Source: Leucoraja ocellata (taxonomy: Eukaryota). Taken from it: DNA of 64,000 bases. The translations under genes were made by a program, and so were the position numbers. Below the pieces are notes generated by a model. It did no database searches and was not told the origin of the DNA. It saw only the letters and a program-made list of their open reading frames with translations. Location of the stretch: NCBI GenBank assembly GCA_036785375.1, contig JAWMAR010000052.1:6200001-6264000 (forward strand), in the 5' to 3' direction. Shown piece after piece: positions 12,283-25,143 of the stretch (positions are counted from its first letter, which is position 1; the number at the start of each line of letters is the position of its first letter).

Positions 12283-12914
12283 CTACAACGGAATGGATGC
12301 GGGGATAATAGTGTTACAACCACAATGTACAACACAGAACAGTACAGGAACAGGCCACACTGTCTGTGCCCAATATAAGGCCAAGACCAACTCTTTTTTG
12401 CCTGCACATATTCTAGACAGTATGATTTGAATGGATAGCATGCAGGTTTTGTGTTTATCCCACATTCTCATCAACTTCCTACACACTAGGGGGAATTTAC
12501 AGAGGCCTATTAAACTACAAACCTGTCGTCTTTGGGATGTGGGAGGAAACAGGAGCACCCGGAGGAAACTCTCACGGTCACAGGGCAAACTCCACATACA
12601 GACATCACTCGGGGTCAGGATTGAACCCGGGTCTCTGGCGATGTGAGGTAGCAACTCTTTAATCGGACTTTCGTGGACTTGCACTAAACGTTATTCCCTT
12701 TATCCTGTATCTGTACACTGTGAATGGCTTGGTTGTAATCATGTAGAGGCTTTCCGCTGACTGGTTGGCACGCAACAAAAAGCTTTTGCCTGTACCTTGG
12801 TACAGGTGACAATAAACAAAACTAAACCCACTGCACCGCCCTGTGAAGAGCACACAAACAAAGCTATTCATTGTACTTTCAGTACAGGTTCCAATAATAT
12901 ATCAATGGTTCTAC

Positions 12915-13023
12915 CTTTGGCTTCCTCCGGCTTCTTCTTCAGGGGCTCCCCGTCTGTGGTGGACTGGACACCCTGGGATCGCTTCACCTTTCGAAAAGCC
13001 TTCACAATCCCCTGAGGATCCAT
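12915..13023 (-). CDS. POLL: DNA polymerase lambda first coding exon (ATG at 13023; exon extends to about 13066 as 5' UTR)
   Basis: MDPQGIVKAFRKVKRSQGVQSTTDGEPLKKKPEEAK resembles vertebrate MDPRGILKAF N-terminus; summed CDS 1749 nt = 582 aa. Confidence 0.93.
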
Positions 13024-13764
13024 GCACAGCCCGCCAGCCGCTGGTGAGGGTTAGCGTTTATCCCACCTGTACAACGATTGGTGAGAAAGATACGTGTCAG
13101 CACCCATGCTCCTGCGTTTACTACCCAAAGTGGCCGAACCTCGCCAGAGTTTCTGCTGGAAGCTGTGTCTGCACTCACTAAGGACTTTGCACTAAAACAC
13201 CTGCACAAAGTACTTTGATTTTTACTCGATCATGGTCTAATTTACTGAGAATAACTAATCGTTTAATGTATATTTATTTTTGTTGCCTCTAATGTGCCAA
13301 TAAAATTGCAGCAGGAATTATATTGTTCCGTTTCCTATCCGGTGCCTATGACACATCAATACTTGGTCACCCACACAACTACCACCCCTGCTCGCAAGAG
13401 TTAGAGTTAGTGAGTGATGCAAGTGAGCAAAGGATACAGAAGTACCCTGGGCGGCAGAACCTTCAGTTCATTGGCTATGTTTAAGAGGGAGTTAGATGTG
13501 GCCCTTGTGGCTAAGGGGATCAGAGGGTATGGAGAGAAGGCGGGTACGGGATACTGAGTTGGATGATCAGCCATGATCATATTGAATGGTGGTGCAGGCT
13601 CGAAGGGCCGAATGGCCTACTCCTGCACCTAATTTCTATGTTCCTATGTTTCAACATGCACCAGCACTGACTGCTGGCCGGGTGTTGAAGGACAACGTTG
13701 GTGCAATGTGACTTCTCGAAACAGAGCTGTGGACTGGATCAGTGGCCAGTGATGAGTGAACTAT

Positions 13765-14270
13765 TGCAAGAGACAGGAGTTTATGATTTACTGCAGGAAG
13801 CGAAGCGATACACCTTCCCCGGTATACATTGATGGCGACAAAGTAGAGATGCTTCAAGTTTAAAGTTTCAAGTTCTTAGGAATAAATATTACTAGCAATT
13901 TGTCCTGGACCAGCCATATCAAAGCAATGACTAAGAAAACGCACCAACGCCTCCACTTCCTTCGAAGCCCAGGAAGTTTGGCATGTCCCCAACAACCCTC
14001 ATCAACTTCTACAAAATAGCTGTAGAAAACATTTTATCAGGATGCTTCACAGAATGGTTTGGGAACAGCTCCAACCGAGCAAGAAATTGCAGAGAATTAT
14101 GGACACAGCCCAGACCATCACACAAACTAACCTCCCTTCTCATGATTCCAACTACACCCCGCTGCCTCGGCAAGGCCACCAGCATAATCAAGGACGCGTC
14201 TCAACTCACTTTTCTCCCCTCTCCCATCAGGCAAGAGGTACAGAAGTTTGAAAACACGTATCTCCAGATG
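13765..14270 (+). mobile_element. Rex1/Babar-type LINE fragment
   Basis: MSPTTLINFYKIAVENILSGCFTEWFGNSS...CLGKATSIIKD, degenerate. Confidence 0.8.
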
Positions 14271-15259
14271 CCCTCTAGTTTTTGAATCCTCTACCCTGAG
14301 AAAAAGACTATGAGTGTACGCTTTATCCATGCCCCTCATGATCTTGTTCACCTTTATAAGGTCACCCCTTAGCCTCCTACACTCTAAATAAATGGTCCCA
14401 GCCTATCCAACCTCCCTCTATAACTCAAGCCAGGGTAACCTGGTGTGAAACTATGTTTGTGATGATTCAAATGTTATGACTATTACTTTAATTGCTGTTA
14501 TAGGAAAGATGCAAATAAGCTGGAAAAAGTACAGGGAAGATTTACGGGGATGTTGCCAGAATGCCAGGGCCCAAGCTTTAGGGAGAGATTGGGCAGGGTA
14601 GTTTTTTTTTCCTTGTAGCGTAGGAGAGTGAGAGGTGATCTTACAGCGGTGTACAAAATCATGAGAGGAATAGATCGGGTGAATTCTGAGTCTTTTATCC
14701 AGAGTTCGGGAATCAAGTGTCACAGGTCATAGGTTTAAGGTTAGGGGGGAAAGATTTTTTCACACAGGGTATATGGAATGAGCTGTCAGGGGACGTAGTT
14801 GCGGCAGGTACTATTTCGTGTTTTATTATCATATGTCCCAGACAGAACATTGAAATTCTTACTAGCAGCAGCACAACCGAATATGAATATGTACTTTGTA
14901 AACAATATAATAAATGAAAAAAATGTTGTGTGCATATGGGTGTGGGCAAAAAGACAAAACTAATGCTCCCAAGTCTATGGTACACGGAAATGCTGGAGAA
15001 ACTCAGCGGGTGCAGCAGCATCTATGGAGCGAAGGAAATAGGCAACGTTTCGGGCCGAAACCCTTCTTCCCAAGTCTATGTAGTTTGGAGCTTATGACGT
15101 TTAATAGCCTAATTATAGGGAAGAGGTTAACAATATTTAATAGACACTCGCACAGGTACATGGATGGGACAGGTTTGGAGGGAGAGGGGCCAAGCACAGG
15201 CAGGTGGGACATCTGGGCTAGATTGGGCAAGTTGGGCCGAAGGGCCTGTGTCTGCGTTA

Positions 15260-15700
15260 AAGTGACCAACGGGCGAGGCCGGTGCGACAGGAAGCGGCCA
15301 ATCAGAGCCCCGCTCCCGGCTGTGTGGCCCCGGGGCCTCTGCACCGGCGGGTTGATGATTAAATCACCGGAGCGGCGGAAGGGGAGCGCCGATCGCTGAG
15401 GTGACCCGGGCGGGAGCGGGAGGCGGAGATGGCCGCGGCCTCACTCACCGAGCCGGAAGTACCCAGCGGACAGCGAGCGGTCGGCGTGGATTAAACCGCG
15501 TCCATTCATAAAGCAGCAGCGGCGGGGAACGGCGGCGGGTGAAATCAGTGCACGCGGGCGGGGGCGGGGTCCGGGGCCCGGGGGGGCAGAGGGCAGGGGC
15601 CGGGGTCAGAGGGCGCGTCGCCAGAGAGGGGCGGGGCCAAGGGCGGCCGTTGCCGTGGAGACGGGCAGCCCGATGCAAGATGGCGGCGCGGGTCTGGCTG
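15260..15700. promoter_or_regulatory. CpG-island bidirectional promoter of POLL and DPCD
   Basis: Only strongly GC/CpG-rich non-coding stretch; CCAAT 15298-15302, ETS CCGGAAGT 15453-15460, GC boxes 15561-15569 and 15628-15637, X-box GTTGCCGTGGAGAC 15649-15662, YY1-type CAAGATGGCGGC over the DPCD ATG. Confidence 0.85.
15449..15560 (-). other. POLL: Probable non-coding exon 1 of POLL (upper boundary uncertain)
   Basis: Minus-strand donor GTGAGT at 15443-15448 inside the CpG island; acceptor before 13066. Confidence 0.5.
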
Positions 15701-15743
15701 GAGAGTCTGCGGGGAGCGAAGAAAACAGCGGTGGTGCAGGAAG
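15680..15743 (+). CDS. DPCD: DPCD exon 1
   Basis: MAARVWLESLRGAKKTAVVQE(G); donor gtgagt; 64 nt. Confidence 0.94.
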
Positions 15744-16029
15744 GTGAGTGGAGGATGGGGAGAGCGGTGGTTGAAGGAAGGGAGGGAGAGAAAGAAGGAA
15801 GGGAGTAAAGGAATCGAGAGAAAAAGGGGACGGATTTAGAGGGAGAGCGTGGATGGATGGAGGAGGGGGTGTTAAGAAAAGGGAAAGGGGAGCGATAAAA
15901 GTTTATTGTCACGTGTACCGCAATACAGTGAAAAGTTTGAAAAGGAATAACTTTTAGTGGGAGATAAGGTCCAGTAAAGGATCTGGATGTAGTCCGCTGA
16001 AGAACTCTAAGCAGAGCATCACTCAGCAC

Positions 16030-16805
16030 TATGATGGTAGTGGGCGTGCTAGTCGAGATGCTTTTAGAGTCAGTGCATCTTTGTATGTGTTGATGTTTTG
16101 GAGATCTCTGATGCTGGCTGGTTACGGTATCCCTTGCTGTCTTGAAGAAAAACGAGTTAGAAAGTGCTAATGAAATGCCGTGCGGAATGAAATCATGTTC
16201 TTGTTGGTACCTTCTAGTTGACATGCCTGTGGGTGCTTGGGTTAACTGGATGTGGTCCTCCATCTTTAAATCAATAGTTGTATTCTTGATCTTGTGGAAT
16301 GGTGTCAGTCTGATGAACCTGCGACGAGTAGTAGGTGAATGAAGTTTAAGGTCCTTTATCATGCTGGAGACTGGGCTCTGCCACTTGTAGTTGTTAGATA
16401 TGAACCTTGCTGCTCTGATTTGTACTGCCTGGATCTTATTGATGTTCCCTTGAATGAAAGGATCCAACACAGAGCAGCAATATTCAACATGTGGACATAC
16501 AAGGCTTTTATATGCTTGGATCTTGACTTAACTTCTTTGGGTGCATTTTGCAGATTGCGACCTAGAAAGCCGATGACTGTTGGCTTTGGCTGATGCCCCT
16601 TCCACATGCTTGTTCCATTAAATGTTTTCAGACAAAGTAACTCCTAAGTATTTATGACTAGAAACTGCCTGTAGCTGATGTCCAGAGAGTGTATAGGAAT
16701 GATGGATTGATTTAGGTTTCGTAGTAAAAAGCATGACATTACATTTTTCCGGTTTGAACATCATTTGCCATTTCTTCTCCCATTGCTCCAATGAGTGCAG
16801 ATCTT
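16030..16805 (-). mobile_element. Non-LTR retrotransposon RT C-terminal fragment, clade unresolved, in DPCD intron 1
   Basis: DLHSLEQWEKKWQMMFKPEKC...GFLGRNLQNAPKEVK...DPFIQGNINKIQAVQIRAARFISNNY...NSFFFKTARD, with frameshifts. Confidence 0.75.
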
Positions 16806-17121
16806 TTATTCCTCCAGATATTCTTCCACTATTCTTCCCGGTTCCTGGTCTATGAGGTCTAGCAAGAGATGAGCCTTGGACAACTTCAGTCGGGTTCCTG
16901 GTTACATGGTGGGCGTGTAGGGCCTGCTGTCAAGGCATGGCCGTGGCTCGCAGGGCGCCTCTGTGGCTGGCTAGGAACTTCCAACTGGGAATCCCTCCAA
17001 CACTTTGTGTGTTTTGCTCAAGATTCCAGCATCTGTAGTCTCTTGTACGTCATCTCTGCCACTTGTGTTGATTGTTACAATGGTTACTAACTCTGTTCCT
17101 GACTCCCCTGCAAACCCCTAG

Positions 17122-17202
17122 GTAAGAGGAAAGTCCATTATGTATTTACCGATGGTGCAGAAATGGTGGAAGAATATGAAATTTCCAGCGATCAACTCAA
17201 GG
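17122..17202 (+). CDS. DPCD: DPCD exon 2
   Basis: (G)KRKVHYVFTDGAEMVEEYEISSDQLK; 81 nt, phase 1/1. Confidence 0.94.
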
Positions 17203-17339
17203 GTAAGAATTACATGCGTCCACTGGCTACTTGTTGGTTTGGTATCATTATTTAATATTTGTTTTTCAATTGTATTAATCGTGCTTATAGAGTAAATAGG
17301 GGTAGTATTGGGTGATCAGTTGCAATTAATACCCAGTGA

Positions 17340-17880
17340 TAATGCGTACGTTATGCTTGCCTTCATTGGTCGGGGCACTGAGCATAAGAGGCAGGAATTC
17401 ATGATATAGCTTTATAGGACTTTGATTAAGCCACATTTCGAGTATTGCGTGCAGTTCCGGTCGCCCCATAGCAGCAAGAATGGAAAGGGTGCAGAGGAGG
17501 TTTACCAGAATGATGGCTGAATTAGGGTATTAGTTAGCTACAGGGAGAGGTTGGACTGACTTGGAATATTTTCTCTGGCATGCCAGAGGTTCCAGGGAGA
17601 CCTGATTGAAGTATATCAAATTATGAGAGGCATAGATAGAGTAGATAGTCGGAACCTTTTTCTCAGAATGGAAAAATCAAATAGCAGACCGTGTCGTTTT
17701 AAGGTGAGAGGGGCAAAGTTTAAAGGAGATGAGCGCAATGTGTGGTGAGTGCCTGGAATGTGCTGCCGGGGGTGATGGTCGAGGCAGAAATGATAGTGGT
17801 GTTTAAGAGACCTATGGATATGCAGAGAATGGAGGAACATGGATTATATGCAGGCATATATAATTGGTCTTTGCATCATG
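17340..17880 (+). mobile_element. CR1-clade LINE fragment in DPCD intron 2
   Basis: YRTLIKPHFEYCVQFRSP...GDLIEVYQIMRGIDRV. Confidence 0.75.
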
Positions 17881-17930
17881 GTTTTTTAATGGTTCTCTTC
17901 GAATGTTCATTTTGAGACCTTTGCTTGTAG

Positions 17931-18055
17931 TCAGGAAGTGGAAGCAGAAGACCACACTGGGATCCCCTGGGCAGTGGCAATTCGAGGTGGGGGAAGCGTA
18001 TTCTCGACCTGCAGGGACCTTGGAGCAGCAGCTGATACACGAGAGTGGCAGCAGT
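17931..18055 (+). CDS. DPCD: DPCD exon 3
   Basis: (V)RKWKQKTTLGSPGQWQFEVGEAYSRPAGTLEQQLIHESGSS; 125 nt. Confidence 0.95.
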
Positions 18056-18304
18056 GTAAGTATCTGGAGGAAGGGTTGTAAACAACTCTTAAAGTGCTCC
18101 GTATTCATCAGAGTACTGAACATACAGAAACGACTTGAGTTGGATTGGCTGATCATTTCTAGCCTCCATTGATTAAAAAGACAAAATAACATAAGAAATA
18201 AAGGTGCAGAGGGATGTGGGTTAAATGCGGGCAAATGGGACTAGCATCTTGGGCATCTTGGTTGGCATGAAAGAATTGGGCCGAATAGCCTGTTCCTGTG
18301 CTGA

Positions 18305-18799
<495 letters not shown>

Positions 18800-19039
18800 T
18801 AATCAATCAAATTACAACATTATCATCCCTATCCACGATGCACTGGATGTCCCATTTCCACCACCCCCCATGGCGACCAGCATTCACGGAAGGCCTCAAG
18901 TCCTCAGGGACACCGTGTGTTCCCTCTCCAGCACGATACAGACACGGGCGTGGGCCAATTAGTTTACTTTGCTGCTGTTACAATTCTACAACAACCCCAT
19001 GCCCATGGTTCCTCTCCTCTTTCAGACTCCCATTGATGA

Positions 19040-19355
19040 TTAGTTTAGAGATACAGCATGGAAACAGGTCCTTTGGCCCACATAGTTCATGCTGACCATT
19101 GATCAAGTTCACACTAGTTCTATGTTAACCCACTCCCTTCACATTAGAGACAATTTTCTTTTACAGAGGGCCAATAAACCTACAAATCCACACGTCTTTG
19201 GAACGTGGGAGGAAACTAGAGCACCCGTAAGAAACCCACGCAGTCACAGGGAGAATGTGCAAACTCCACGTAGACAGCACCTGAGGTTAGGCTCGAACCC
19301 GGGTCTCTGGCGTTGTGAGGCAGCAGCTCTACCCGCTGCGCCACTGTGCCGCACA
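19040..19355 (-). mobile_element. V-SINE (HE1-like) copy
   Basis: tRNA-like head with A/B boxes, central V-domain (tttgcacattctccctgtg...gggtgctctagtttcctccca), CR1-like 3' tail. Confidence 0.8.
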
Positions 19356-20532
19356 CATATGTAGGAAGCAACTGTGGAAGTTTGATCTGGTGGACGTGGA
19401 CAGGGTAAACGGCAGAGTGTGAGTAACCTCGATGCTTCTTGTGCTAGATATTTATTTGCCTTCCAAATATATTGAATAAGTTGTTCTCCGTAGCCTCCTG
19501 TGACAGGGAATTCCACAGGTTCACTATCACCTGATGAAATTCTGCGTGCCTCCATCCCAAATGTCATACCTTGTATCCTGAGATCAAACAAATCTCCTCT
19601 GCCTACATGTGATCTGTATCCATCCATTCCCTACATATCCATGTGCCTATGTAAATGCCTCTTTAAATGCCACTACCGTATCTGCCTCCTCCACCATCAC
19701 TTGCAACACGTTCTAGGCATCTACCACCCTCTGTCAAAAAAACCGTGCCCTGCATATCTTTACATTTTCCCGCTTGGACCTTAAATCTATGCCCGGTTGT
19801 ATTTCCACCCTGGGAATAAGGTTCTGAATGTCTACCCTATCTATGCCATTCATAATTTTATGTGGCATTATTATGTTTTCTCTCGCCCTCTGATGATCCC
19901 AGTTGGGTCCCTGGAAGGGGGAATAAGGGTACTCCAGTTTCCTCCCACATCCCAAAGACGTGCGGGTTTGTAGGTTAATTACCCCTAATGTATAGGGAGT
20001 GGATGAGAAAGTGGGATAACATAGAACAAGTGATCGATGATTGGTGTGGACTAGTGGGCCAAAGGGGCTGTTTCTGTGCTGTGTCTTTCAATTTAAAAAA
20101 AAGTGATTAGACCTCAAAACCACTTGGTGTTTATATCAGAATCCCAGCGTTCATTTGTGTTGATAGGGTAGATCTCTGGCTGCGGAGCTGGATAAACCCA
20201 TGGCTGGTTTAGAGAGGGAGGCCATTCCCATTTGAGGACCAGGGTCGGAGGTTTGAAGGGATGAGAAGATGCATTGGGATATCCTGGGGGGAGTATCAGT
20301 ACGTTCAGATGCAAGTTGTTTCTCTTTGTGTTAACACTGTCAACACGAGGCAGATATTAATAGGTCCTTGATTAGTAAGCATGTCAAAGGTTATGGGGAG
20401 AAGGCAGGAGAATGGGGTTGAGAGGGAAAAATAGATCAGCCATGATTGAATGTAGGTACAGGTACTCAATGGGCCAAACAGCCTAATTCTGCTCCTAGGT
20501 CATAAATGCGAGTCTTCTGTTGTTGAGAGTGA

Positions 20533-20796
<264 letters not shown>

Positions 20797-21564
20797 TGAT
20801 TTTTAAATCATTCAACGTCTGGATTTACAGAAGGAGTAGTGGCGAAAATAATCCAGGAGAGAATCTAAGGCCACAAATTCAGAACCGTGTCCAATTGTGG
20901 ACAATTCAGGCCACGGGAGTGGAGGAAGAAAAGTGGTTCTTTTCCCCCTTCTCCTTCCACCTATATCCCATACTCTGACTTCAAATGTCATGCCTCTTGT
21001 ATCCGTCGTATAGAAACCGGGAACAGCCGATGGTGGTTAATACACAAAAGGACACCAAGTGCTGAAATAACTCAGCAGGTCAGGCAGCATCTCTGGAGAA
21101 ACTGGATAGGTGACGTTTTGGGTTGAGACCTACTGAGTTACTCCAACACTCTGTGTTCTTTTGCCTTTTCTCTCCTTATCTCACGACCTTTTGGCTTTTC
21201 GTCTCTGGCTTTTGTCCAACCATCAGCCCATCAACCCCCTCAACTATATCCACCTATCACTCACCCGGCTTTGTCCTGCCCCCACCTCTCTTCCAGTATT
21301 CTCTCCCCTACTACACTCAGTCTGAAGAATGGTCTTGACCCAAAACATCATCTATCCAATGCCTTCAAGAGATGCTCCCCGACCCATTGTTACTACAGCA
21401 CTTTGTGTGTTTTTTGTAAACCAGCATCTGCATTTCCTTGTATCGACAAAGTGGTGGTGATGCGTGTAGTTGAGAGCGGAATGGTGTTAACACCTGAAGG
21501 GACGGGCTGGCTGGGTGGGCGCTGACTGTAAATGTGTTCACTGGATATTTTTCCCTCCCATCAG

Positions 21565-21669
21565 TATCAAAAGCCGACAGCAATCCTACAGCTGGAGCAG
21601 GAGGTGCAGCAGGAACTGAAGAAGATGAAGGTGGCAGAGGATGGAGATGTGCAGTGTAAAACACAGTGA
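21565..21669 (+). CDS. DPCD: DPCD exon 6 with TGA stop
   Basis: YQKPTAILQLEQEVQQELKKMKVAEDGDVQCKTQ*; total CDS 612 nt = 203 aa. Confidence 0.95.
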   Translation, partial: YQKPTAILQLEQEVQQELKKMKVAEDGDVQCKTQ

Positions 21670-21772
21670 TCCTCAGCACTGGTGTCTGCCACCACAGGCA
21701 ACGCGTGGGGAGAAGGCACAAACCTGTGGTCGCACCCACTACTTCAAATCCACCTTGTATATTTAAAATCCC

Positions 21773-21778
21773 ATTAAA
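21773..21778 (+). terminator. Candidate DPCD polyadenylation signal ATTAAA
   Basis: ATTAAA about 100 nt after the DPCD stop, followed by T-rich sequence. Confidence 0.45.
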
Positions 21779-21844
21779 GTTCTGCTAGTTTTTGAATATA
21801 GAATGTCTTCATTTTATGGTGGTCATAGTAAATTCTACCAACAT

Positions 21845-22340
21845 TTAGTTTATTGTCACATGTACCAAGGTACAGTGAAAAGCTTTTTGTTGCATGCTAT
21901 CTGGTCAGAGGAAAGACTACATGATTACAATTAAGCTGTCCGCAGTGTGCAGATACATGATAAAGGGAATAACGTTTAGTGCAAGGTAAAGTTTGATTTA
22001 AGATAGTCTGAGAAGCTCAGGACCGTTCTCTAGCTGTTGGTAGGATGGTTCAGTTGCCTGATAACAGCTGGGAAGAAACTGTTCCTGAACCTGGAGGTGT
22101 GCGTTTTTACACTTCTGTACCTCTTGCCTGATGGGAGAGGGGAGAAGAGGGAATGGTGAGACTAGCCCTTGATTATGTTGGTGGCTTCGTTGAGGCAGCG
22201 TGAAATGTAAATGGGAGGGAGGTAGGTTTATGTGATTATCCTGGCTGTGTCCACACTTCTCCGCAATTTGTTTGCAGTCTTGGATGGAGCTGTTCCCAAA
22301 CCAAGCTGTGATGCATCCCGATAAAATGCTTTCTACATTT
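21845..22340 (-). mobile_element. Rex1/Babar-type LINE 3' fragment between DPCD and FBXW4
   Basis: VESILSGCITAWFGNSSIQD in ORF 21998..22375; aataaactaaa tail. Confidence 0.8.
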
Positions 22341-22882
22341 GATATTGTCGTGACATTTGTTTCCCAAGCCCTCAAAGCCCTTCATGGTGTCAAATCAGTC
22401 ACTTGCTGGGATACCTCACTCTGGGTAGTAGCTCTCACAAAGAGTCAGTCATAAAATAGGGACACAGGTCCTTCAGCCCTCCGAGTCCATGGAGCAGAAT
22501 GAGGCCATTAGACCAGCGATCAATTGTACACTAGGGTTATCCTACACACTAGGACCTACAAATCTGTAGGTCTTTGGTCTATGGGAGAAAAACAGAGCAC
22601 ATGTAGGAAACCCATGCGGTCACGGGGAGAACGTACTAACTCCATACAGACCTCATTGAACCTGGGTCTCTGGTGCTGTGAGGCAGCGACTACCACTGCA
22701 CACAGTTTGCATACTGTGGGCTAGTCCTATTTAGCACATAGACCTCTAGACCTTTTCTATCCAAATGTCTTTCAAAAGTCATAATTGTATGTACTTCTGT
22801 ACAAACCAGCTGTTACTTTAGCTTGCATTACAACATGAGATAACTGATAGATCAGGCTGTATCGCTTGCAAATGCAAGGTTT

Positions 22883-22888
22883 TTTATT
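22883..22888 (-). terminator. Candidate FBXW4 polyadenylation signal AATAAA
   Basis: TTTATT on + strand about 270 nt beyond the FBXW4 stop. Confidence 0.45.
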
Positions 22889-23155
22889 TTTTTTTAATTG
22901 CATTCAAAGAGCCGAACACTGGTGCAGCCTTTAGCACCTTCCGACTACACGAATCCAGTTACAGATGACGCTTTGAGCAAATGGACAACCTCATTCACTA
23001 GTCATATAAAAGTTATTGCAAATAAAGAACACTCTATTTCATATATTAAAAAAAGCCACAGAAGGTGATTTTTAAAGACTGCAGAGCTGGAAGGGTGAAG
23101 GAGTGGTGTCTGTTCCAAATGCATCATCTGCCAGTGTGCTGGACGGACCTTGACT

Positions 23156-23338
23156 TCAGGTGCACCGTCCTGGATATATCTCGGTTGGTGTCTGGGGCTC
23201 TTTACCTGGCAAGCCCCAAGGCTTGGACGATGTGAAGTCCAGTGTGTAAAGTGCATTGGCTAAGGCAGCATAGAGGTGGGAGGTAGTAAACCGGAGGCAG
23301 TACACGGGACTGCTGCTGGGGGAGGAGAGGAAGAACAT
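23156..23338 (-). CDS. FBXW4: FBXW4 (dactylin) last coding exon
   Basis: MFFLSSPSSSPVYCLRFTTSHLYAALANALYTLDF... matches the final WD40 strand (SSPVYCLR...HLYAAL); acceptor caccag. Confidence 0.93.
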   Translation of the reverse strand: MFFLSSPSSSPVYCLRFTTSHLYAALANALYTLDFTSSKPWGLPGKEPQTPTEIYPGRCT

Positions 23339-24616
23339 CTGGTGGAAGAGGAAACAACAACAGTTAGCTCGGAAACGTGCCCTGCTCCGATTTGTGCCCA
23401 GTTTGTCATTTTTGATGGATTGAAAGATAGAGCAAGAAGCTGTTCCTGCGTCTGGTGATGCGCACATTTCCAAGTTTCTGTTCCTTCAGCCGGATGGGAA
23501 TGGGGAGAAGAAGCTGTGACCGGGGTGGGATAGTTAATTCAATTTAGTTCTGAGATACAGCATGGAAACAAGTTCCTCGGTCCATCAAGCCCACGCCGAA
23601 CATCGATCAACTATTCACACTGGTTTCTATGTTATCCCACTTTCTCATCCACCCCCTAAGGGTCAGGAAACATCACTGGAGAAAAGGAGCTGGTGACATT
23701 ACGGGTCGTGTCCCTTCTTCAGACAGTCAGGAGAGAGAAACGAGAGATATGATAATGTCTCAAAGCCAGCAACGATGATCAAGGAATGGTAGAGCCTACA
23801 ATGGTCCATTGTTGGCTGTGGGAAAGGTGATATGATTACTAGAGTGGGGGGTGGACGAAGAGAGAGGAGATGTAAGGGTTACTTTAAGTTAGAGATATCA
23901 TATTAATACTGATGGGCTGTAAGGTGTTCAAGCAAAATATGAGGTGCTGTTTCCTCCAGTTTGCGTTTGGCAAAGGGAAAGGGAAGTTATGCTTTCAATG
24001 GTTCGAAACCCTATCAGTGTCCCTTGCCTCAACAACTGATAATGTGAAGACAACCCTCAGAGAGAGAGTAAGTTGAGTCCTTTCCCGAGGATACCAGTCG
24101 CCATTATCCACCCAAAACCGCGTATTGTTGGTGCCAGAGTGGTTTTGTTGGGTATTGCTGCCTGGCCTGCAGCGGGAAGGATATGGGTTCCAATTACCAG
24201 GTGTCACACAATGGGGACTCCTCTAAGGGTCATCAGTGTGGAGCTGTGCTGGCTGGGAGCACGAGGGGGGGGTTCCTGACCAAGCGCGGTCCTAAAAGAT
24301 CTCGGCGGAGGATGGTATCTGGTCGGTGGGTGGGGACCACAACGGCTGAGATGGCAGCAGCAGGGAGAGACTCCCAATCGTGGTGGATTCCATGCTGTTT
24401 AACCCAGGCCAGTCTCTGTCTGGGACCGTGTGAAGGTTGTCCGTGCACCAGGCTCCCCATGGTAAATACATCACCCATGGGCGTGCCCCTAGAGGGACAG
24501 AACGCCTGTGGCTTCAGGATCAGCCATCTCCAAATCCACACACAGGACCCACCGGGACAATCACACTCCGGGTGATCATGGATGATTTAGTCAAAACTCT
24601 GCCACACCCATCCTAC

Positions 24617-24758
24617 CTGGAGGCTCTTTGACTGCCTCCTGTCCCAGAGGCGGACCACCCCATAGTGCGAGGAGCCACTGGCGATCATGTAGTTCCCGTC
24701 GGTCTGCAGGCAGTAGAGAGCACTGTCGTGGGGCTCCTCCCATTCCATCACACAGCGC
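24617..24758 (-). CDS. FBXW4: FBXW4 penultimate coding exon
   Basis: (R)RCVMEWEEPHDSALYCLQTDGNYMIASGSSHYGVVRLWDRRQSKSLQ; 142 nt, phase 2 to 0. Confidence 0.96.
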
Positions 24759-25143
24759 CTGTTACAGAAGGGGCAGGTTAGAACTGAGAATGCATCATTT
24801 GGGAAGCACCTTGGTGCAGCTGGCAGAGATTTTTCTGTTGCGTGCTATCCAGTCAGTGAAATGACTACATGATTAAAAACAAGTCGTCCACAGTGTGCAA
24901 TACAGGATAAATTGAATAAAATAACCTTTAGTGCAAGATCTAGTCCTGTAAAGTCCCATTCAAAGGTGTCTAATGAGGTAGATGGTAACTCAGGGCTGCT
25001 CACTGGTTGATGATAGGATGGCTCGGTTACCTGATAAAAGCTGGGAAAAACTTGTCCCTGAATCTGGGAGCTCCCCTTCTCTGGCGGCTCCTTCCATACA
25101 CCCACCACCCTCTGAATGAAAGTTTTTATCTAGTCATTCATAT

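Noticed and set aside
10578-12430. Long plus-strand ORFs (244 aa, 219 aa)
   Set aside because: Antisense shadows of GC-rich POLL exons plus repeats.
15445-16470. 341-aa ORF on minus strand
   Set aside because: Chimera of a LINE fragment running into low-complexity and GC-rich promoter sequence; not a gene.
23995-24631. Cluster of overlapping ORFs in the last FBXW4 intron
   Set aside because: No recognisable domain or convincing splice sites; GC-rich intron noise.
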